From: Myxococcota bacterium
Lineage (GTDB): Bacteria; Myxococcota_A; Polyangia; DASYRF01
Reading direction: 5' to 3'
Assembly: GCA_036004705.1 (NCBI GenBank)
Contig: DASYRF010000360.1
Span: 5,795-69,794 of the forward strand
Length of the DNA stretch: 64,000 nt
In this document: positions 56,796 through 64,000 of the stretch, piece after piece
Layout: each line of letters starts with the position of its first letter
Numbering within the stretch: the first letter of the stretch is position 1
Notes under the pieces: generated by a model
What the model saw: only the letters and a program-made list of their open reading frames with translations
Told to the model about the DNA's origin: nothing
Database searches by the model: none
Position numbers and translations under genes: made by a program

Positions 56796-59195
56796 ATGCG
56801 ACAGCGAGCGGGCGTGGGCGCGGGCCTCGCGGCGGTGTGCGCGGCGGCGGCGGTGGCGGCGGCGGGCGGCGGATGCAGGTGCCGCGGGGCGATCGAGGAC
56901 GGCGGCCCGCCCGCGACCGACGCGGGTCCGGAGCCGATCGCCGCGCCGCTGGCTTGCCAGGAAGCACTTGCGGCCGATGCGCCGTACGGCGACGGGACGT
57001 GCCCGGTCGACCGGCCGGCGGCACCCGACCTGCTCGACGACGCCCTCGCGGTCAGCGGGATCGACCGCTGCACGCTGCGCTGGGAGCCGGGCGACGTCGC
57101 CATCTTCGGGCCGGCCGTGGCCGCCGACCCGTGGCGCCTCCCCTTCTACGACGCGACGCACGACGCCGCCGCCAATGCACCGGTGTGGGCCCGCCGCACC
57201 ATCGACCGGTTCGACGGGCTGGTGGCCGGGGCCACGCCTCTCGCCTCGGCCGTCGCGGGCGCCGCCGACCGGCTGGGCTTCGGCGCCGCCGGCACCCTCT
57301 GCACCGCGGCGTACGGCATCGACCCCGGCGCGCCGCTCGCCCAGGCCATCGTCGACCTCTTCGCGCGCGTCGGCGTCACGACGAACCCCGGCGACCGCGA
57401 CGGCTACGACGCGGCGCTGGTAGACGTGCCGTTCGACCTTCAGGTCGCGCTCGCGCCCGTGGTCGCCGCGGTGGGCGATGCCGCCGCGGCGCGCACCGCC
57501 GTGCTGGGAACGAAGCTCACGACGGATCTGCAGTGGCAGACGGCGTTCCGGCTGGCGGCGTCGCTCGTGATCCCCACGTCGACGTTCGCGCGCCTCAACC
57601 CCGCCGACCCGTTCTACGCGGCGCTGCTGCACGACACCGACTTCGCCGCCCTCTACGCCGCCGCCGTGACTCTGGCGCTCACGGTCGAGGCTGCCGACCT
57701 GGGCGCTTTCGCCGGTGCCGCCGGGTTCTCGTTCACGACCACCACGCCCATCGGGCGCATCGTTCTGCGCGACGCCGCCGACGACGTCTACGATACCGCC
57801 GACCCCGACCTGGCCGACGGGATCGCGCTGCTGGTCGACACCGGCGGGGCCGACGACTACCGCATCGCCGTCGCCGCCAACACCTCCTACGTCAACCCGG
57901 TGAGCGTGGCCGTCGACCTCGACGGCGCCGACACCTACGCCTACGTGGAGGTGCCCGACCCGAACGACGGGCCCGGGCGCCTACCGTCCGACGAGTTCGG
58001 GCGCTACGACCCGCCCGGCACGCCCGACGTCTACGGCGGGCCCATCTCGCTCTCCGACACGAACCGCCAGGGCGCGGGGCGGCTCGGCTTCGCCTTCCTG
58101 TTCGACCTGGGCGGCGACGACGACACCTACCGGTCGCCGCGCATGGCGCAGGGCTTCGGCACGCTGGGCGTCGGCGGTCTGTACGACGACGGCGGCAACG
58201 ATACGTACTTGGCGGAGGACGGCGCGCAAGGGGCGGGCATCTTCGGCATCGGCGTACTGGTCGACGCCGGTACCGGCGCCGACCGCTACGAATCGTACGC
58301 GAGCTCGCAGGGCTTCGCCTACACCTACGGCTTCGGGCTGTTGCACGACGGCGGCGGCGACGACGTCTACGAATGCGACATCGGCGACCCCACGGTCGGC
58401 GGCGACCCGCTCTACCTGTCGGCGCAGCTCCCCGGAACCGGCAATTCCAGCTTCTGCCAGGGCGCCGGGTTCGGGCGCCGCTCCGACACGGCCTTCGGCG
58501 GCGACGGCATCTACATGTCCGGCGGCATCGGCATGCTGCGCGACCGCGGCACCGGCCACGACACCTACACCTCCAGCGTCTTCGGCACCGGCACCGGCTA
58601 CTGGTTCGGCACCGGCCTCCTGTCGGACGAAGGCGGCGACGACTGGTACGACGGCAAGTGGTACGTGCAAGGCTCGACCGCGCACTTCGCCATGACGATC
58701 TTCTGGGACGAGGCCGGCGACGACCTCTACAACATGGGCGGCACCGTCTGCACCGGCGCGCCGATGTGCATGCTGTACCCGTCGGCGACGTCCGTCGGGG
58801 TCGGCCACGACTTCTCGGTGACGTGGCACGTCGACGGCGGCGGCAACGACTTCTACTTCGCGCCGGGGCTGAGCCTGGGCGCGGGCAACGTCAACGGCAT
58901 CGGCGTGCTGGTGAATGCCGGCGGCGACGACACCTACATCACAGCCGGGCAGCCGACCCTGGGGGCGGCGAACCTGTCGGACGGCAACATGCCGGGGTCA
59001 CCACGGCGCGACATCATCACGGCCGGCGTGTTCATCGACGGCGGTGGCGCCGACAGCTACAACGTCGCCGGCACGGACGTGGTCTACGACGACATGACCT
59101 GGGAGTCGAACATCCAGACGGCCACCGACCCGACCATCACCACCGAGCACGGCGTGGGACTCGACGGCACGGGCACGGTCGTCCTGGTGCCGTAG
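56796..59195 (+). CDS. Large secreted lipoprotein with dispersed GGxDDxY / GGGNDFY motifs (degenerate RTX or beta-roll-like Ca-binding repeats?).
   Basis: Lipobox AAAGGGC. Seven or more motifs (GGDDDTY, GGNDTY, GGGDDVY, GGDDWY, GGGNDFY, GGDDTY, GGGADSY). ATG at 56796 checked. Confidence 0.6.
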   Translation: MRQRAGVGAGLAAVCAAAAVAAAGGGCRCRGAIEDGGPPATDAGPEPIAAPLACQEALAADAPYGDGTCPVDRPAAPDLLDDALAVSGIDRCTLRWEPGDVAIFGPAVAADPWRLPFYDATHDAAANAPVWARRTIDRFDGLVAGATPLASAVAGAADRLGFGAAGTLCTAAYGIDPGAPLAQAIVDLFARVGVTTNPGDRDGYDAALVDVPFDLQVALAPVVAAVGDAAAARTAVLGTKLTTDLQWQTAFRLAASLVIPTSTFARLNPADPFYAALLHDTDFAALYAAAVTLALTVEAADLGAFAGAAGFSFTTTTPIGRIVLRDAADDVYDTADPDLADGIALLVDTGGADDYRIAVAANTSYVNPVSVAVDLDGADTYAYVEVPDPNDGPGRLPSDEFGRYDPPGTPDVYGGPISLSDTNRQGAGRLGFAFLFDLGGDDDTYRSPRMAQGFGTLGVGGLYDDGGNDTYLAEDGAQGAGIFGIGVLVDAGTGADRYESYASSQGFAYTYGFGLLHDGGGDDVYECDIGDPTVGGDPLYLSAQLPGTGNSSFCQGAGFGRRSDTAFGGDGIYMSGGIGMLRDRGTGHDTYTSSVFGTGTGYWFGTGLLSDEGGDDWYDGKWYVQGSTAHFAMTIFWDEAGDDLYNMGGTVCTGAPMCMLYPSATSVGVGHDFSVTWHVDGGGNDFYFAPGLSLGAGNVNGIGVLVNAGGDDTYITAGQPTLGAANLSDGNMPGSPRRDIITAGVFIDGGGADSYNVAGTDVVYDDMTWESNIQTATDPTITTEHGVGLDGTGTVVLVP

Positions 59196-59302
59196 CCGCG
59201 GGCCGGGGGTCGGCCGCGGGGGCGGCGCGGAGCCCGCCCAGGCCTTGGGATCGTTGACGGTGTAAGCTGGCGCGCGCCGCCAGCGTGCTATTCTGGAGCC
59301 AC

Positions 59303-60670
59303 ATGCCGCCTCGCCGCAGCCGCCTGCGCTGGTCGCTCGTCGCCTCGATCGGCGCACACGGCGCGGCTCTGCTCGCGCTATGGCTGTTGTCCGTCCGGGA
59401 GACGCCGCCGATCGACCCCCGGGCGCTGCGCCGCACGCCCGGCGCGACCATCGAGCTGCGCGTCATCCCGTTCGACGCGGTGGAGGTGCCGCCCCTCGTG
59501 GCCGGCGCCGCCGAGGTCACCGCTCCCGCCGCGTCACCCCTGGCCGCCGCCGTGGACGCCGCCGCCGCCGACGCCGCCAGCGCGGCGGCTGCAGCCGCGC
59601 TCCCCGCGCGGCGCGGCGCACCCGACGGCGCCCACACTGGCACGCCCGGTGGAGGCGGCGGCCCGGGACGCGCCGCCGAGGCGCTCGCTCTTCTCGACTC
59701 GGCCGAGGCGATCGATGCCGCGGGTGCCCTGGACGGCAAGGACCGCTTGCCCGCCGACGAGTCCGCCGCGGACGGCGAGATCATCCTGACGCCGCCTGGC
59801 CCCCCGCGCGCCTATCCTCCGCGCATCGCCCGCGGCGGCGCCGGCGGCGGCACGGGCGGAGGCATCGGCACGGGGCGCGGCCCCGGCGTCGGTCCGGACC
59901 TGTTCCCGGGGGACGTCCTGCGCGGCGTCGTGGACAGCGGCCTGCCGCGCGGCGAGGAAGCGGAAGTGAAGGCGATGCTGTCGCGCTACGTCGCCACGCG
60001 CAAGGCGTACGGCACGGTGAAGGCCGGCCTGGCGTCCCCCTACGCCACGCGCCTGGGCACCGACGTCGCCGACGCGTGGGAGGAGGAGATTCTCCCCGCC
60101 AAGGACCGCACGCTCGGGGCGGGCGTCAAGCGCTGGTTCGGCGACTTGAAGCACGACCCGTTGCGCGCGGTGCGCGACGTGCTCGCCGCCTACTTCTCCG
60201 CCACCGCCACCGACCCCGACGGAGGCAAGATCGACGGCGACGTAGGCGACATTGCCGACGGCTGGGAGTACGGCCGCCCGCGCGGGCTGGCCCTGGTGGG
60301 CGTGCGCGCCGACGGCACCGTCGTGGGCATCCGCTGGCTGAAGTCGACCGGCAACGCCGCCTTCGACGACGCCCTCACCGACGCCGTCGCTTCGACCGTC
60401 GCGACGATGGGACCGCCCCCGCCGGAGCTGGTGAAGCTCACCGGCGAGACCTGGCTGTTGTACGAGGTCAGCGCTGCCATCACGGTGCTTCCGCCTGGTC
60501 CGTACCTGGCCGTGCGCACGATGGCCGACTTCAGCAAGCCCGAGGCGCTCTATCCGTTCAAGATCCTCGTCAACGCCAAGGCGGATCTACGCGCCGTCTT
60601 CGACCGCGGCGAGGACTACGATCCGACCGCCCCGCCCGAGCCCACCGTCGCCGGACCGTCCGCGCGCTGA
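59303..60670 (+). CDS. TonB C-terminal-domain protein (N-terminal TM anchor, Ala/Gly/Pro-rich periplasmic spacer, TonB_C-like domain).
   Basis: SD GGAG then ATG at 59303. TM SLVASIGAHGAALLALWLL. ..GLALVGVRADGTVVGIRWLKSTGNAAFDDALTDAVAS.. resembles the TonB_C signature. Confidence 0.5.
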   Translation: MPPRRSRLRWSLVASIGAHGAALLALWLLSVRETPPIDPRALRRTPGATIELRVIPFDAVEVPPLVAGAAEVTAPAASPLAAAVDAAAADAASAAAAAALPARRGAPDGAHTGTPGGGGGPGRAAEALALLDSAEAIDAAGALDGKDRLPADESAADGEIILTPPGPPRAYPPRIARGGAGGGTGGGIGTGRGPGVGPDLFPGDVLRGVVDSGLPRGEEAEVKAMLSRYVATRKAYGTVKAGLASPYATRLGTDVADAWEEEILPAKDRTLGAGVKRWFGDLKHDPLRAVRDVLAAYFSATATDPDGGKIDGDVGDIADGWEYGRPRGLALVGVRADGTVVGIRWLKSTGNAAFDDALTDAVASTVATMGPPPPELVKLTGETWLLYEVSAAITVLPPGPYLAVRTMADFSKPEALYPFKILVNAKADLRAVFDRGEDYDPTAPPEPTVAGPSAR

Positions 60671-60836
60671 GGATCGCCGCCTCCGCCCGAGCTCACCGTC
60701 GCCGGACCGTCCGCCCGCTGAGGATCGCCGCCCCCGCCCGAGCTCACGCCGCCGGCGCGCGCGGACGTCGCTGGCGCGCGCGGACGCCTCCGGCCACCGT
60801 CGCCGGACCGTCCGCCCGCTGAGGATCGCCGCCTCG
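60632..60836. repeat. Three tandem copies of a 51-bp unit, CCGCCCGAGCYCACCGTCGCCGGACCGTCCGCSCGCTGAGGATCGCCGCCY. Each copy carries the CGC-TGA stop; the third copy is split by a 47-bp insertion that itself contains a duplicated GGCGCGCGCGGACG.
   Basis: Copy 1 forms the 3' end and stop of the TonB-like gene. Copy 2 is in frame with it (17 codons: GSPPPPELTVAGPSAR*). Confidence 0.85.
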
Positions 60837-60884
60837 GTTTCGTGATATCGTCGCGGCCGATTTCCAACCACCAAGGAGATTGGA

Positions 60885-61553
60885 ATGACTGAACCGCGCT
60901 ACGGCAGGGGGAAACGTCCGATGCTCGCCGTCGTCGTCGCGGGCGCCACCGCTGCCGCAACCCTGGCCGCCGTCCTGGGCGCCGGGCAGGCCAAGGCCCA
61001 CGCGGACGAGTGGACCGAGACGGCGCCCGTCACCGACTCCAGCGCCGCGGCGCCCGCCGCCAGCGCGGACCGCTGGGCGGTGCTGAAGACGCCTTTCGAA
61101 GGCGACCGCCCCGACGTCTTCGACCTGCACGGCGGGATCACCTACTACGGCTTCGGCTTGGGCGTGGGCGCCCGCTACACCTGGCAGATCGTGAACAACG
61201 GATTCATCCCCCGGCTCAATAACTCCTTCGGCATCGGCTTCGGCGCGGACGTCTTCGTGCATCCGGCGATCACCTATTTCACCAGCTTTGGGCTCTCGTT
61301 CATCATCCCGGTCGTCGCGCAGTGGGCCTTCTATCTCACGAAGGAATGGACCGTGTTCGCCGAGGTGGGCGCCGGCCTCTGGATCCGGCCGCTGGGCATC
61401 GACTATCAGGTGTGCGACATCGGGCCGCTCTATTGCAGCCCCGTCTGGTGGGTGTGGATCACCGGCGTCGGCGCCATGTATCACTTCAGCCCCCAGATGG
61501 CGCTCATCCTGCGCGCGCAGTACCCGTTCGTGTCGGCGGGTATCGCGTTTTGA
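60885..61553 (+). CDS. Outer-membrane beta-barrel protein (OmpW/OmpA-like small porin family).
   Basis: SD AAGGAG. Signal peptide ..ATLAAVLGAGQAKA. Alternating hydrophobic beta-strands. Terminal ..VSAGIAF with a C-terminal Phe. Confidence 0.7.
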   Translation: MTEPRYGRGKRPMLAVVVAGATAAATLAAVLGAGQAKAHADEWTETAPVTDSSAAAPAASADRWAVLKTPFEGDRPDVFDLHGGITYYGFGLGVGARYTWQIVNNGFIPRLNNSFGIGFGADVFVHPAITYFTSFGLSFIIPVVAQWAFYLTKEWTVFAEVGAGLWIRPLGIDYQVCDIGPLYCSPVWWVWITGVGAMYHFSPQMALILRAQYPFVSAGIAF

Positions 61554-61652
61554 CGCCGCGGCGCCGCGCGCCGGCGCGGCCCACATGCACCTACGTTGCG
61601 CCCCTTGCGTGGCCGCCCTACAGTTTCGGTGAATCTGGAGGCCTAGATCACC

Positions 61653-63635
61653 GTGCGGCCGCGCTCCATCCTCCTCTTCGTCTTCGTTTCCGTCGCGGCG
61701 GTCGTGTCGGCGCCGCTCGGTTGCCGCGGCGGCGGGGACGTTGCCACGTGCGACTCCGCGCAGTGCGATCCAGGCCAGGAGTGCAGCGACCTCACCCACC
61801 GGTGCGAGGACGTCGCCTGCACCCCCGGCGCCACCCGCTGCGCCCCCCGCGGCGACGGGTCGCTCGAGCGCTGCAACTCCACCGGCGACGGCTACGTCCC
61901 CGTGGGCGCGTGCGGCGCCGGGCAGACCTGCTTCATGAGTGCGACGAGCCCCTCGGGGGCGGCGTGCGACCCGCCCGCCTGCACCGCGGGCACCTCGCAG
62001 TGCGAAGCGGACGGTAGCGTGCGCTACTGCGTCGTGGGCGCCTTCGAGAGCTCCACGCCGTGCCCCTCCGGCGAAGCCTGCGACCCGAGCCAGAGCAGCG
62101 CGTGCGTGCCCACGGAATGTGGCCCGGGGACGACGTTCTGCGAGCCGGGCGCCGACGTGGTGCGCGCCTGCAACGCACTGGGCACGTCTTCCGGCGTCGT
62201 GGAGACCTGCGCAGCGAGCGACGTGTGCAACGCCGGCCGGTGCGTGTCGCTGTGCGAGCTGGCCGAGCTCCAGCACAGCACCGTGGGCTGCGTCTTCATG
62301 GCGCTCGACACCAACAACACTGCACACGACGACCCGCTTCAGTACGACGTCGTCATCGCCAATCCCAACGGCGCCTTGACCGCGACCGTGACCATCGAGA
62401 CGCGCACGGGCCCCGGCGGCGCCTGGAGCACGGTCGCTACGGATGCGGTGACCCCTTCGAGCGTGCACGTGTTCGCCCTGCCCGACCGTCACGCGGAGGG
62501 GTCGTCGCTCACGCCCGCCCTCGCCTATCGCGTCACCGCGTCCGTGCCGGTCGTCGCCTACCAGTTCAATTCCGACGACGTCTCGGGGTCGGCGGCCTCC
62601 AGCGGCGCGACCATCTTGCTGCCGGTGCCGGCGCTGGATCGGTACTACTACGCCGTGAGCCTGCCCATGTCGACGGGCGACGACGCGCTCTTCCCGTTCG
62701 GCGGCGAGCTGCACTCGTCGGGCGTCGCGGTCGTCGGCACGCTCGACGGGACCACGGTCACGGTCACCGCCAGCACCAACACCGCGGCCGGCGGAGGCAT
62801 CGCCGCACTGGCGCCGGGCGAGTCCTACTCCACCGTGCTGAACGAGGGCGACGCCCTGCAGATCGAAGCGGCCGACGTGGGCGACGACGTCACGGGCACG
62901 TACGTCACGTCCGACCAGCCGGTGGCGGTGTTCGGCTACCACGAGTGCGCCGTGCTGACGCCCGGGACGTGCGACCACGTCGAGGAGCAGCTGCTGCCCC
63001 TGACGGCTTGGGGCATCGCCTTCGCCAACGTCCGCATGTTCGCCGGCACCGAGCGGCACCTGTGGCGCTTGCTCGCCTCCGAGGACGCCACGACGATCAC
63101 GTTCGAGTACGACGCTGGCGTAACCGGGCTCCCGGCGCCGGCGGGCGCGAGCGTCGTGCTCGACGCGGGTCAACACCAGGACTTCACCGTGGAGGGCCCC
63201 GCGCCGGTCGGCCTCACCCCGGAGCCCGGCAACGTGGGGGACTTCTACGCGTACGCCGACAAGCCTATCTACGTGGTGCAGTTCTCGATGGACGAGGTGA
63301 ACATGGTGACGTCCGTCCCCACCGACCAAACGCTGCCGCAGTACGTCTTCGCGGTGCCACCCTTCCTCGACAGCGCGGTGACCGTGGCGAGGCCGAGCGG
63401 TGCCACCACGTCGCTGGACGGCGTGCCGATCCCCGCGGCGAGCTGGTCCAGCGCCGGCGGGACCTTCGAGGCGTACCGCACCGCGCTGGCGGATGGCGCG
63501 CACGTCGTCAGCTCGACCTCGCCCTCGGAGATGTGGGCGGGGTCGCCCGGTGTCTACGTCAGCGGCGAGGCGTCCAACTGCGGTTACGCGTACGTCGCCG
63601 GCCTCAACGTCGAGTACATCAATCCGTTCGAGTGA
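61653..63635 (+). CDS. Secreted lipoprotein with an N-terminal Cys-rich region (12 Cys pairs) and a large beta-rich C-terminal domain.
   Basis: GTG start with SD GGAG. Lipobox VVSAPLGC. Sequence: CDSAQCDPGQECSDLTHRCEDVACTPGATRCAPRGDGSLERCN... Confidence 0.6.
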   Translation: MRPRSILLFVFVSVAAVVSAPLGCRGGGDVATCDSAQCDPGQECSDLTHRCEDVACTPGATRCAPRGDGSLERCNSTGDGYVPVGACGAGQTCFMSATSPSGAACDPPACTAGTSQCEADGSVRYCVVGAFESSTPCPSGEACDPSQSSACVPTECGPGTTFCEPGADVVRACNALGTSSGVVETCAASDVCNAGRCVSLCELAELQHSTVGCVFMALDTNNTAHDDPLQYDVVIANPNGALTATVTIETRTGPGGAWSTVATDAVTPSSVHVFALPDRHAEGSSLTPALAYRVTASVPVVAYQFNSDDVSGSAASSGATILLPVPALDRYYYAVSLPMSTGDDALFPFGGELHSSGVAVVGTLDGTTVTVTASTNTAAGGGIAALAPGESYSTVLNEGDALQIEAADVGDDVTGTYVTSDQPVAVFGYHECAVLTPGTCDHVEEQLLPLTAWGIAFANVRMFAGTERHLWRLLASEDATTITFEYDAGVTGLPAPAGASVVLDAGQHQDFTVEGPAPVGLTPEPGNVGDFYAYADKPIYVVQFSMDEVNMVTSVPTDQTLPQYVFAVPPFLDSAVTVARPSGATTSLDGVPIPAASWSSAGGTFEAYRTALADGAHVVSSTSPSEMWAGSPGVYVSGEASNCGYAYVAGLNVEYINPFE

Positions 63636-63638
63636 ACG

Positions 63639-64000
63639 ATGAAACGCCCTTTCATGGTGTGGGCTGCGCTGGCGGCGGCGATGGCGGGCGGATGCACTCC
63701 CGGCGGCGGGTGCGCGGCCGGCGGCGGGCGCGACGCCGGCCCCGGCGACGTGGTCTGGTCGGCGCCATGCCGCGGGCTAGACGACTACGTTCTGTCGGTG
63801 TGGGGGCCCGGCCCCGACGACATCTTCTTCGTGGGCGGCAACGGCGTGGCGGCGCGCGCGCTCCTGTTGCACTACGACGGCGCCTCGTGGGTGCGGACGA
63901 CCGGGGTGTCCGACCAGGTGCTCTGGTGGGTCTGGGGGACCAGCGGCCAGGACGTATGGGCGGTCGGCGAGAACGGTCAGGCGCTGCACTTCGACGGCGG
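63639..64000 (+). CDS. Lipoprotein, 3' end beyond the window (MKRPFMVWAALAAAMAGGCTPGGGCAAGGG..).
   Basis: ATG at 63639. Lipobox MAGGC. Continues past the window end. Confidence 0.5.
   Translation, partial: MKRPFMVWAALAAAMAGGCTPGGGCAAGGGRDAGPGDVVWSAPCRGLDDYVLSVWGPGPDDIFFVGGNGVAARALLLHYDGASWVRTTGVSDQVLWWVWGTSGQDVWAVGENGQALHFDG

Noticed and set aside
61565-61590. GC-rich palindrome (GCCGCGC-N4-GCGCGGC) after the OMP gene, as a possible Rho-independent terminator.
   Set aside because: No downstream T-tract and a very GC-rich context. It cannot be distinguished from chance palindromes in this genome.

Overview
High-GC (~70%) bacterial chromosomal segment, almost certainly from a myxobacterium (order Myxococcales). 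Three proteins carry the Myxococcales-specific Cys-rich repeat 'CGDGxx..GEECDGxxLGG..C', one carries a related 'CGNGxxExGExCDDGN..GDGC' variant (33172-35901), a fifth lipoprotein (11628-13286) is Cys-rich but atypical, and an S8 protease ends in a MYXO-CTERM sorting tail. Most annotated CDS starts below were checked against the raw bases. Coding content, left to right:
- a truncated prepilin peptidase at the window edge;
- an xseB, small ORF, dxs operon that has no ispA;
- a 908-aa secreted protein made of two homologous halves;
- a CPBP intramembrane protease upstream of a Cys-repeat/FG-GAP lipoprotein;
- a complete Che-like chemosensory operon: cheW, cheR-TPR, cheW, mcp, cheA-REC, cheB, then two multi-receiver hybrid histidine kinases, with no stand-alone CheY;
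- an S8 subtilase with MYXO-CTERM and a family III CoA-transferase;
- a translationally coupled pair of a nucleotidyltransferase-fold protein and a 114-aa protein;
- further Cys-repeat lipoproteins, one with PPC and lamin-tail-like domains;
- rplM-rpsI, a Ser/Thr kinase with a PEGA domain, maleylacetoacetate isomerase and PPK2;
- the ATP synthase b', b, delta, alpha, gamma, beta, epsilon operon;
- an orphan phage baseplate gpV/VgrG-like spike protein whose Gly-rich tail is interrupted by an in-frame TAG;
- bactofilin, a GT39-like membrane glycosyltransferase, a TonB-C-domain protein and an OMP beta-barrel.
Points worth a second look: two gene junctions where the 3' end of a gene, including its stop codon, is tandemly duplicated three or four times; the orphan spike and its TAG-interrupted tail; the NTase-fold two-gene cassette; a low-GC islet carrying two small lipoprotein genes; and a 650-bp intergenic region with periodic 20-bp degenerate repeats. 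No rRNA, tRNA, CRISPR array, transposase or integrase could be supported from the sequence.
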